Position numbers and translations under genes: made by a program. The notes beneath the pieces are model-generated. The model did no database searches. It was not told the origin of the DNA and was given only the letters and a program-made list of their open reading frames with translations. Shown here in pieces: positions 19,448 to 28,067 of a stretch of DNA of 64,000 nucleotides (positions are counted from its first letter, which is position 1; each line of letters starts with the position of its first letter). The stretch comes from Candidatus Tayloriibacteriota bacterium (lineage in GTDB: Bacteria; Patescibacteriota; Minisyncoccia; Phycocordibacterales; PALSA-1337): positions 18,947 to 82,946 of the forward strand of contig JBAXUB010000001.1 of assembly GCA_037129895.1 (NCBI GenBank). The letters are read 5' to 3'.

Positions 19448-19930
19448 CTACCTCTTCCTTGTGAATAACTCAGTCGCTCCTTCGACTAGGAAGACTCTAC
19501 TTATCCCCGCTTTGATCATTCGATCCCAGCAAGGCTTGCAACACCACCAATGACCATACAGGTATAGATCGGCTCCCCTGACTTTACCGCCACCATGTCT
19601 CGATATAGCATCCTTGACCGCCCTTGATTCTGCATGTTGTCGACAAGAAGCACAACCTGGACAAAGCCAATACTTCTGTCCTGATGGTATTTTCAACAAT
19701 CTTCTCACACAAAACCTTTCCTTATGAAAAGTTAGCAGTTTACTGTTCTTGATTGCTGACTGATTGGCACCTTTTCCTAGAATAACACCATCCCTGACGA
19801 CGACAGCACCCGTCGGGTGTTGTGTATCCGTTGACTTTTCCTCGCATAGCTTCATCGCCTCCTTCATATACAGATTGTTCGATGATACATATTCAACACT
19901 CCTGCCTTCTGGCATATATGGATAATTCAT
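19448..19930 (-). CDS. deoxycytidylate (dCMP) deaminase-family zinc deaminase
   Basis: GAVVV, HAE, WCCKPC, AGISRV. Confidence 0.85.
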   Translation of the reverse strand: MNYPYMPEGRSVEYVSSNNLYMKEAMKLCEEKSTDTQHPTGAVVVRDGVILGKGANQSAIKNSKLLTFHKERFCVRRLLKIPSGQKYWLCPGCASCRQHAESRAVKDAISRHGGGKVRGADLYLYGHWWCCKPCWDRMIKAGISRVFLVEGATELFTRKR

Positions 19931-20006
19931 TTTGATAAATCCGCATTAAGAACCATTAACTAATAATTGTAAACTGTTTACTATTTCTTTAATTATATAT
20001 AATAGA

Positions 20007-20849
20007 ATGATTATGACCAAGTTTGACCAAATATACCAAGACATTGTGAAAAACATTATGAAGAAAGGCATGGTCGAGTTCAGTGAGAGAACTGGACACG
20101 AAACGAAAGTTCTAGTCGGTGTACATTTCCAAGTCGACATAGAGAAAGACGGCTTCCCCATCCTCACACTCCGCAAGTCGCCGATAAAGATGTTCGTCGC
20201 GGAACAAGTATGGTTTTTGTCTGGATCTAGAAAGCCAGAGGACTTCCTCCGAAATTATACGCACATATGGGATGACTTCACCAATCCAGGCGATGTCGTC
20301 ACTGTCGCATACGGATATAGATGGCGTAAACATTTTGGCAGAGACCAGATAGGACTATTAGTCGATCTATTAAAAAAAGAACCAAGCTCTAGACAAGCTG
20401 TCGTAGTAACATGGGATCCTGCACAGGATGGATTATCTATCGTAAAAAAGAAAAATGTTCCTTGTCCATATACATTCACCGTTAATATCGTTGCTGGCAG
20501 ATTGCACCTGCACAATATAGTCAGATCCAACGATGTAATGCTCGGATTCTCAGCGGATGTCCCAGGATTCGCACTACTCCAATGTATTCTCGCTCAAAAG
20601 CTAGGGGTGAGACCTGGTATATACTCTCACTCGATTTCCAATGCTCATATATATGATACACATTATGACGGTGCGAAAGAGTTGATCAAGAGGAAAAACA
20701 AACACAAGAAGATAACCCTGACTTTACCTAAGGACGCCTTTGACAGAGCAGAAAAGAAAGATCCGACACTCGTCGACCAGATAGTGGAAAACCTCGGAAA
20801 ACAATATAAACCGATGGAACCGATAAAGGGCTTGAAATTAATATTATAA
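20007..20849 (+). CDS. thyA: thymidylate synthase-family protein with dCMP-type Asp specificity residue
   Basis: YGYRWR, SSRQAVV, PC catalytic Cys, RSND, AHIY; Asn177-equivalent is Asp. Confidence 0.9.
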   Translation: MIMTKFDQIYQDIVKNIMKKGMVEFSERTGHETKVLVGVHFQVDIEKDGFPILTLRKSPIKMFVAEQVWFLSGSRKPEDFLRNYTHIWDDFTNPGDVVTVAYGYRWRKHFGRDQIGLLVDLLKKEPSSRQAVVVTWDPAQDGLSIVKKKNVPCPYTFTVNIVAGRLHLHNIVRSNDVMLGFSADVPGFALLQCILAQKLGVRPGIYSHSISNAHIYDTHYDGAKELIKRKNKHKKITLTLPKDAFDRAEKKDPTLVDQIVENLGKQYKPMEPIKGLKLIL

Positions 20850-20861
20850 CCAACACACCCA

Positions 20862-21491
20862 ATGTCTATCATCACAAAAACTGAAATAGTAGAACTGATA
20901 AAGAATGGTGTACTTTCCATACGACCAGCTCTGGATAAGTTCCAATTACAAGAACACTCTATAGACCTACGTCTCGGCTATACTTTCATGATACCAAAGA
21001 TGTGGCACATGACTCCGAAAGGCCGTGAATCATTGGACATCACCCATTTCGATAAGCGTAACCATGAATACTTCGAAGTTGTCGAACTCGAACAAGGACA
21101 GTATTTCGAATTATTACCGCAGGAATACATCCTCGTCTCAACCTTAGAGACGATAAAGATGCCTAACAACTTGATGGGCGTTCTCTACCCGAGAGCTTCG
21201 ACCAATCGAAAAGGGCTTTCATTGGACCTTTCAGGAATAATAGATGCTGGCTATGACGGACAGTTAGTATTGCCTATCAGGAACAATACCCGCTCTCAAG
21301 CTATCAGACTATTCCCTGGCGAACGCCTATGCCAAGTTGTTTTCCAGGAGTTGAAAAGTTCTGTTACACCGAAACCAGGCAAATATCATCAGCGAGACAT
21401 CATCGAGGGTGTTGTCACTGAAAATAGAGAGGAGGCTGATCTCATATCCAGTGGCGATATTAAAGTGTTAAAGGAAAAGTTTAAGGTGTAA
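20862..21491 (+). CDS. dCTP deaminase/dUTPase-superfamily protein lacking deaminase catalytic residues
   Basis: SIDLRLG, RASTNRKGL, IDAGYDGQLVLP, PGERLCQ. Confidence 0.85.
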   Translation: MSIITKTEIVELIKNGVLSIRPALDKFQLQEHSIDLRLGYTFMIPKMWHMTPKGRESLDITHFDKRNHEYFEVVELEQGQYFELLPQEYILVSTLETIKMPNNLMGVLYPRASTNRKGLSLDLSGIIDAGYDGQLVLPIRNNTRSQAIRLFPGERLCQVVFQELKSSVTPKPGKYHQRDIIEGVVTENREEADLISSGDIKVLKEKFKV

Positions 21492-21514
21492 AATTACTGA
21501 ACGTATATTAATAA

Positions 21515-21638
21515 TCGGCTTCGTGGGAAGTTTCCCCTCACGACTCTGCGGAAGGAAGGAAATGACACATTTTCTGATAAATAACCTCCCCATCATCGCA
21601 GTCCTCGAGTCGTTCGAGAAAACTTCCCACGAAACCGA
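21515..21638. repeat. long inverted repeat / MITE-like palindromic element
   Basis: TCGGCTTCGTGGGAAGTTT ... AAACTTCCCACGAAACCGA with inner ACGACTC/GAGTCGT pairing. Confidence 0.7.
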
Positions 21639-21664
21639 AATAATCACAACAAATAATCACCACC

Positions 21665-22165
21665 ATGAAATGCTTCATAATCTCATGTCTCACAGCTGAC
21701 GGCTATATAGGGAAACATTCCACTCACGCAGCGATGTGGACGAGTAAAGAGGACAAGAAACGCTTCATCGAACTAACGAAGAAGGCCGGTGTGATCGTCA
21801 TGGGTCAAAACACTTGGACAACCCTCGGTGGCAAACCATTGAAAGACAGACTCAATATCGTGTACTCACCTACCCCGCTCGAACCTGTCGCAGGTATGGA
21901 AGTCACGACCAAGGATCCTGTGGAATTACTGCGTGACCTAGAAGCTCGAGGCTTCAAGGAAGTTGCCATATGTGGAGGTTCTCAGATATACACAATGTTT
22001 ATGAAAGCTGGCCTCGTCGATACTCTCTACCTCACTATTGAACCGATAGTATTCGGCGATGGTATGAGACTGTTCAAAGAGGATCTAAATAGTAAATTGA
22101 CACTGACTGAATGCACGAAGACAGACGGCGGGACATTGCTTCTAACATATTCTGTGATCAGGTAA
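21665..22165 (+). CDS. folA: dihydrofolate reductase
   Basis: DGYIG, VIVMGQNTW, PLKDRLNIV, ICGGSQIY. Confidence 0.9.
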   Translation: MKCFIISCLTADGYIGKHSTHAAMWTSKEDKKRFIELTKKAGVIVMGQNTWTTLGGKPLKDRLNIVYSPTPLEPVAGMEVTTKDPVELLRDLEARGFKEVAICGGSQIYTMFMKAGLVDTLYLTIEPIVFGDGMRLFKEDLNSKLTLTECTKTDGGTLLLTYSVIR

Positions 22166-22276
22166 AAGGCACCGGATTATGGCAGTGACAGGTAAAGCAT
22201 TTGAAACTGCAGCGGTTTTTGTATTAAAAAAATCGCACCCAATATGAGTGCGACAACACGAACATAAAAGAACAAT

Positions 22277-22756
22277 TCAAAATGTAGAGAGTTTCCCTCT
22301 ATTGGACTCTATCGAACGTGACAGACTACTAACACATTCGACAAGCTCGTCCAACTTTCTGAAATTGAAATGCCGTACCAAGTCCGGCCTGTCCAGATGA
22401 GCAAACTTGATCGACTCTAGAAACGAGATCGTCCGATTGGCTTGTGCATGGTCACCTAGAGTGAGTCCAACCAGGAGAGGCTTGCGAGCTTTCGCACGTG
22501 CCTCGACTTCTTGCACACACCGAGGGGTTGAGCACACTGACAACCAGATCATGAGATCACAAGTCTTCACAGGATCACTGATCCGAGGAACTTCGACAGG
22601 TAGATCATCCGTGATCTTCAAGACCGGCTCCACCGCATATACGTGGAATCCGGGCAGCTGTCTCAGTTTTTCCAAGAAATACAATACGTCCGTGAACAAA
22701 AAACCATCCGGAATACCCGGGGCCAACGCCAAGGGAAAAGTTACATATGTTTTCAT
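22277..22756 (-). CDS. hypothetical protein, weakly nucleoside 2-deoxyribosyltransferase/N-hydrolase-like
   Basis: KTYVTFPL...CDLMI...S..C.QE...A..KPLL pattern; degenerate. Confidence 0.4.
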   Translation of the reverse strand: MKTYVTFPLALAPGIPDGFLFTDVLYFLEKLRQLPGFHVYAVEPVLKITDDLPVEVPRISDPVKTCDLMIWLSVCSTPRCVQEVEARAKARKPLLVGLTLGDHAQANRTISFLESIKFAHLDRPDLVRHFNFRKLDELVECVSSLSRSIESNRGKLSTF

Positions 22757-22814
22757 AATCAGCTCTGAAACAAAGCCTACCATTTACAATCCATTTCGCA
22801 AGTCACTGCCCTGC

Positions 22815-22865
22815 TGCATAGGTCAGACCTATACAAACATGTAGAGGTCAGACCTCTACATGTTT
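22815..22865. repeat. two adjacent REP-like palindromes
   Basis: AGGTCAGACCT core twice; second is AAACATGTAGAGGTCAGACCTCTACATGTTT. Confidence 0.7.
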
Positions 22866-23286
22866 ACTTTACATCAACTCCCATCGATCGTGCTGTTCCA
22901 GCGATGATCTTTGCGGCCTGATCTATTGTATTTGCATTGAGATCTCCCATCTTCTTTTCGGCGATCTCTCTAGCCTGAGCTTTAGTGATAGTTCCGATCT
23001 TCTTTGTATTTGGCTTACCTGAACCCTTTTCTTGCTTCAAGGCTTTCAGAATCAAACTAGATGCTGGAGGAGATTTGAGTTTGAAATCGTAAGTACGGTC
23101 TTCGTAAACTGTGATAACAACAGGGATCATATCACCCATCATACCTTTCGTAGCATCATTGAACTTCTTTGTGAAGTCACCTATATTGACGCCAGCCTGA
23201 CCTAGTGTAGGGCCCAATGGAGGGGCAGGAGTAGCTTTCCCTGCTGGAGCGATAACCTTGACTTTCTTTATGATTTTCTTTGCCAT
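22864..23286 (-). CDS. rplK: 50S ribosomal protein L11
   Basis: [19 protein letters not shown]. Confidence 0.98.
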   Translation of the reverse strand: MAKKIIKKVKVIAPAGKATPAPPLGPTLGQAGVNIGDFTKKFNDATKGMMGDMIPVVITVYEDRTYDFKLKSPPASSLILKALKQEKGSGKPNTKKIGTITKAQAREIAEKKMGDLNANTIDQAAKIIAGTARSMGVDVK

Positions 23287-23334
23287 AGTAGTGATTTTGA
23301 GTCTAAACTAATAAATGATATTTGTAAACCTCGC

Positions 23335-23880
23335 TTATACTTTCTTTACTTGTAAGAAATCCAACTCAACAGGTGTCTCACGACCGAACATAGACACCAA
23401 TACTTTGATCTTGCCTCTCTGTGTATCAACTTCAGCGACCTTACCTTCGAAGTCCTTGAACGGTCCATCGGCAACTTTGACGAGGTCCCCGATCGAAAGG
23501 TCGATAGCATGCTGTGTATCACCCTTCTGCATGCGAGCAAATAGTGTTTCTACTTCTTTCGCATCCAATGGTACTGGCGAAACACCTGCACCCACGAAAC
23601 CTGTAACTCTAGGTGTGTTGCGAACAACATACCATGAGTCATCAGTGACGATCATATCTACGAGAACATAACCTGGGTATATCTTTTCTTCCTCTTCTAC
23701 TCTCTTGCCTGATTTGACCTTGATCTTCTTCTCTGTAGGGACGATAACATTGAATATCTTGCCTTCCATAGCGAGAGACTCAATACGCTGTTTCAAATTT
23801 CGAGCAACCGCATTTTCATAGCCCGCGTATGTATGTATCGCGTACCAATTACGTTCACCAGTTATTTGTTGTTTGGTCAT
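23335..23880 (-). CDS. nusG: transcription termination/antitermination factor NusG
   Basis: WYAIHTYAGYE, PGYVLV, KOW domain, FGRETPVEL. Confidence 0.98.
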   Translation of the reverse strand: MTKQQITGERNWYAIHTYAGYENAVARNLKQRIESLAMEGKIFNVIVPTEKKIKVKSGKRVEEEEKIYPGYVLVDMIVTDDSWYVVRNTPRVTGFVGAGVSPVPLDAKEVETLFARMQKGDTQHAIDLSIGDLVKVADGPFKDFEGKVAEVDTQRGKIKVLVSMFGRETPVELDFLQVKKV

Positions 23881-23913
23881 AATATTTTGAATAAATTAAA
23901 ATAGAATTGAAAT

Positions 23914-24093
23914 TTAGAATAGAAGAGTCAAAAGTTTAGCAAATACGAAGTCCGAAAAACCTAGAATAGCTGCCGTAGCTATAGACACCAATATAACCAA
24001 CACTGTAAAACGTATCGTCTGATTGCGAGTAGGCCAATTGACATGGACCATTTCTGCGCGTGTATCTTTGATGTAATTTGTAAGTCTGGACAT
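23914..24093 (-). CDS. secE: preprotein translocase subunit SecE (not in ORF track)
   Basis: Manual translation MSRLTNYIKDTRAEMVHVNWPTRNQTIRFTVLV...(59 aa); upstream of nusG. Confidence 0.93.
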   Translation of the reverse strand: MSRLTNYIKDTRAEMVHVNWPTRNQTIRFTVLVILVSIATAAILGFSDFVFAKLLTLLF

Positions 24094-24220
24094 ATATTTT
24101 CTTTTTTATTAAAAAACCCCGCCTGGGGATAACATGTGTATAATATACCCAATATTCACCAAAGTCAAGGCCGTGAATAACACGGCCTTGTAGCACATTT
24201 GGCGACCAATTAGAGCCCTA

Positions 24221-25006
24221 CTACTTTATCTCGTAAGTTATACTCACACTACTCGTGATTTTCTGCTCACCAACAGATATCTCTGGAGCGACTGCAGCAC
24301 CGGTAGCCATCATCTTGTTAGAAGTATCCATGGCGTACATGAGAGGTCTCGGGCTACTACCATTCTCAGAAAAACTGATCACACGAACGATACTAACTCC
24401 CAATTGGCTCGCTAGTTCTCTGGCTTTTGCCTCAGCGTTTGTTATAGCGATACCGCGTGCTTTTGCCTGGATTGACTCCGGCTTATCAACAGAGAAAGAC
24501 AGACTATTCACATTTTCTACATTGAGGGAACCGATGGAAGCAAACAATGCGCCAGCCTTACCTAGATCACGAACCTTGACCTCGGTAGTTTGGCTCACAT
24601 CATAGCCAGTTAGAACTGACTTGCCTGGCCTACAATTGCCATTAGCAGAACAAACTGAGCTCTGATATTCATAATGAGGATTGATGTTATATGAAGTCGT
24701 TCGAATATCCTTGTCGGCTACTCCACCGTCTCTAACAGCTTTCAGGGCCGCATTGGCCTGGTCTGTTGCTTGCTTCTGTGCTTCTACTACTGTAGCTGCT
24801 GTCTTGTTAACTGTGAACGAGAAAGTTGCAATATCAGGAACTGCCATAGCGTCCCCTGTTCCATCAACTGAGATAGTGTTGACTATCTGATCACTTTTAC
24901 CGACATAACCGATCATCTTTATTTCTTTAATAGAAAGGACTAGCAACAATACTGTGAGTAATGCTAGAGCGCCTATCGCTGTACTCCAAAATTTTTGTGG
25001 GATCAT
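24221..25006 (-). CDS. SIMPL (DUF541) domain protein
   Basis: TISVDGTG...PDIA, AI.NA..KA..LA..LG, final Y-E-I-K. Confidence 0.9.
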   Translation of the reverse strand: MIPQKFWSTAIGALALLTVLLLVLSIKEIKMIGYVGKSDQIVNTISVDGTGDAMAVPDIATFSFTVNKTAATVVEAQKQATDQANAALKAVRDGGVADKDIRTTSYNINPHYEYQSSVCSANGNCRPGKSVLTGYDVSQTTEVKVRDLGKAGALFASIGSLNVENVNSLSFSVDKPESIQAKARGIAITNAEAKARELASQLGVSIVRVISFSENGSSPRPLMYAMDTSNKMMATGAAVAPEISVGEQKITSSVSITYEIK

Positions 25007-25074
25007 TTTATTTATATTAATTAATAATTATTAAATACGGAACGTAAAGCAAACACGAGAATACACTGTAAATA

Positions 25075-25908
25075 CTACCTTCTCGTATCACACAAATCAA
25101 TCAAGTTTTCGAATAACGCGAGAACTGTCATCGCCCCTACCCCACCAGGAACTGGTGAAATCGCCCTGACTACTCCTGAAACTGCAGCAAAATCAACATC
25201 CCCAACCAATCTCTCAGTGCCTATACGAGAAATGCCAACATCTATAACGACCTGATCAGGATTGACGTGCTCAACTCTTATAAGTCCAGGCTTTCCAGTC
25301 GCCACTATCAATATATCTGCTTCCTTTGTACCAAAAACCAGATCGGCTGTCTGACTATGACAAACCGTCACTTTCGCACCAGCGGTCTCACACATTGCGG
25401 CAATAGGTTTTCCAACTAGATCAGACCTACCAACAACTGTTACATTCTTTCCTTTGAGTAAAAATCCGTAACTATCCAATAATTCCTTTATACCCCTAGC
25501 TGTTGCTGGCATTATACCCTCGCCGTGTGACCATTTGGCAACGTTCGCTGACGTGAGAGCATCAACGTCCTTATCTGGATCTATAGCCTCGATCACTGCA
25601 AATTTATCAATGCTTGAAGGCAGTGGAAGCTGAACGATGATGCCATTTATACTGTCGTCGTTATTCAATGATTCTATATGATCTAGGAGTTCTCGTCGTG
25701 ATATACCTTCACTAAACTGTTTGTGGAGAACATCTACACCGATTTTCTCTGCAAACAACTTTTTTGCACGGATAAATGATGTCGAATCAGCCCTTTCACC
25801 AACTTGAATGATGGCCAATTTTGGCATAAAGGAAAGTTTCGCGACCCCATTTTTCAATAGAGGAAGCCTCGTTTCCCTAGTTTTTCGGCCATCAATAATG
25901 ATAGTCAT
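25075..25908 (-). CDS. folD: methylenetetrahydrofolate dehydrogenase/cyclohydrolase
   Basis: GIIVQLPLP, KDVD, GRSDLVGKP, PVPGGVG. Confidence 0.95.
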   Translation of the reverse strand: MTIIIDGRKTRETRLPLLKNGVAKLSFMPKLAIIQVGERADSTSFIRAKKLFAEKIGVDVLHKQFSEGISRRELLDHIESLNNDDSINGIIVQLPLPSSIDKFAVIEAIDPDKDVDALTSANVAKWSHGEGIMPATARGIKELLDSYGFLLKGKNVTVVGRSDLVGKPIAAMCETAGAKVTVCHSQTADLVFGTKEADILIVATGKPGLIRVEHVNPDQVVIDVGISRIGTERLVGDVDFAAVSGVVRAISPVPGGVGAMTVLALFENLIDLCDTRR

Positions 25909-26008
25909 GATATGAAGAGCATACCATAGAAAATTACCAAACAGGAAATCGTAGGAACTACTCGTACACATAACTAAATCAATATTGATATATTCAACTC
26001 ATACATCT

Positions 26009-26902
26009 CTACCTACTCCATCTAGCGAATATCCCCGCCGGTAATAGCCTCCCCGATCGTTCACTTATCGCCAATTCTCCTATCTCTATCTTCCCACCAA
26101 ACTTTTCCACGAGTGGAATCAGAATATTCTCATACGCTATCGCTGAATATCCAGCAGAATATCCATTTATCAAGAAAAATAGTGGCTTGTCTTTCAATAA
26201 TTGAATACATTGACCAACGAGTGGTAGGAAATGTTCCTCTATTTTCCATAACTCACTCTCTGGACCATGACCGAATGATGGTGGGTCCATGATGATACCG
26301 TCATACTTATTGCCGCGTTTGACTTCCCTGCGCACGAATTCACGGGCATCGTCGAGTATCCAGCGAACTGGTTTGTCTTTGAGTCCTGAAAGTTCTGCAT
26401 TATCTCTAGCCCATGTTATTGCAGTCTTCGAACTGTCGACGTGTACCACACTTGCTCCCGCTTTCGCACAAGCTAACGTCGCACCTCCGGTATAACCAAA
26501 TAGATTGAGTACCTGTATTGCATCGTTCTCTCCCCCCTCATGAGAGTGGAGAGAACTCTGAATGATATCACCGAGCCACTCCCAGTTTGTTGACTGCTCA
26601 GGAAATATGCCGACGTGTTTGAACGACGATGGTTTCACCCAGAACTTGAGCCCAGCCGCCTCTATCGGCCAACGGTCAATTTTCCCATTCTTCATCGTCC
26701 ATACACCATCATTACCTCGTCTATCGAAATGTCCTATAGCTTTCTTCCATTCATCTTGTGAAAGACTCTTTTGCCACAGAGACTGCGGGTCAGGCCTAGA
26801 CAATACAACCTCGCCGAATCTTTCGAGTTTCTCCCCTTCGCCAGAATCGATCAACTCATAATCCTTGCTCGGTTCTGTTATTTGGATAATTGATGATTTC
26901 AT
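26009..26902 (-). CDS. RlmI/RlmK-like class I SAM-dependent methyltransferase
   Basis: VLNLFGYTGG, DPPSF. Confidence 0.9.
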   Translation of the reverse strand: MKSSIIQITEPSKDYELIDSGEGEKLERFGEVVLSRPDPQSLWQKSLSQDEWKKAIGHFDRRGNDGVWTMKNGKIDRWPIEAAGLKFWVKPSSFKHVGIFPEQSTNWEWLGDIIQSSLHSHEGGENDAIQVLNLFGYTGGATLACAKAGASVVHVDSSKTAITWARDNAELSGLKDKPVRWILDDAREFVRREVKRGNKYDGIIMDPPSFGHGPESELWKIEEHFLPLVGQCIQLLKDKPLFFLINGYSAGYSAIAYENILIPLVEKFGGKIEIGELAISERSGRLLPAGIFARWSR

Positions 26903-26940
26903 TTATTTTTATTGGCCACCCTAACTTATACTATTCTACA

Positions 26941-27438
26941 CTATTCAGAAATTCCTGGATGGAACTTTCTCATTATAACCACGGTCATGATACACAATAT
27001 AGTCGTGATGACTGCTGATCCTAGACAATATATACAATATGAGTGTAGAACGAACATCTGCAAACCAGTGAACCAGAGAGACGCCAACAAACCTGGAATA
27101 GTGAGGAACAGTGCGAATTTCAAGAATTCAGTTCTATGAACAGCGAGTCGAGTTATATGCTTTGATTCTAAGAAAATGATACAACCTATCGCGATCAATA
27201 GATAGTATATCGAACCGGTGAGAGAAACTGGTATACCGAACACGCTAGAATATGAACTAGTTAATACTTTTTCACAACCACCAGTCACTGAACATGGTGG
27301 TATCACTCCACTATAATGCTCAACGGTTAGATACGTAGCATCAGCGAATCCTATAACCGCGATAACGAGCACCAATATCACCAACCTACTGGATAGTGCT
27401 TGAAGCGGCCTCGTCCACAAGTTTTTTAATTTCTTCAT
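26941..27438 (-). CDS. vitamin K epoxide reductase (VKOR) family protein
   Basis: C..GC..V.S.YS..FGIP, CIYC; TM helices; start uncertain. Confidence 0.9.
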   Translation of the reverse strand: MKKLKNLWTRPLQALSSRLVILVLVIAVIGFADATYLTVEHYSGVIPPCSVTGGCEKVLTSSYSSVFGIPVSLTGSIYYLLIAIGCIIFLESKHITRLAVHRTEFLKFALFLTIPGLLASLWFTGLQMFVLHSYCIYCLGSAVITTILCIMTVVIMRKFHPGISE

Positions 27439-28048
27439 ATGAATATGACTCAGAATTAACTTCTTTACCATTGATAAAGAACGTAGGAGTATGATCAATA
27501 CCGATCTTCACACTCTCTTGTTGTTGCGCTGTAACCTTGGCCAATGTAGAACTACTAACTCGGTCAGATTTGAACATGGCAAGATCCATTCCTAGAGAAC
27601 CAGCATAGCCATCAAAGATCGCTTCGGCCTCGGAGTTCGACTTCTCAGCCCAATCACTCTGATTGGCGTATATGAGACTATACATCTGCCAGAATTTGCC
27701 CTGATTGGTAGCTGCTTCAGCTGCAGTAGCCGCAGGAATAGCATTTGGATGTTGTAAGAGTGGAAAATGACGGAAAACCATACGTAGAGTAGTCGATGAC
27801 TCATTGAATACTTTCTCAATGACTGGGAAATACACGGCACAGGCTGGACATTGGAAATCCTCATATTCGATAAGTGTTACGGGAGCATCTATATTTCCAC
27901 GAATGTGATCTAGAGAAGTAACCTCTGCTGGAACGAGTGACTTCGTCAACCTATTCGGATCTTTATTCATAGCGACGATGAGACCCCAGACAATGAGGCC
28001 GAGCACGATGATAAAACTCACCCAAAAAATGATTCTTTTTGTATTCAT
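27386..28048 (-). CDS. DsbA family thiol-disulfide oxidoreductase
   Basis: DFQCPAC, RHFPL, TPTFFING. Confidence 0.93.
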   Translation of the reverse strand: MNTKRIIFWVSFIIVLGLIVWGLIVAMNKDPNRLTKSLVPAEVTSLDHIRGNIDAPVTLIEYEDFQCPACAVYFPVIEKVFNESSTTLRMVFRHFPLLQHPNAIPAATAAEAATNQGKFWQMYSLIYANQSDWAEKSNSEAEAIFDGYAGSLGMDLAMFKSDRVSSSTLAKVTAQQQESVKIGIDHTPTFFINGKEVNSESYSYEEIKKLVDEAASSTIQ

Positions 28049-28067
28049 AGGAATTCAGTATATATGT

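Noticed and set aside
23936-24196. 86-aa ORF upstream of nusG
   Set aside because: Out-of-frame overlap with the real secE (23914-24093).
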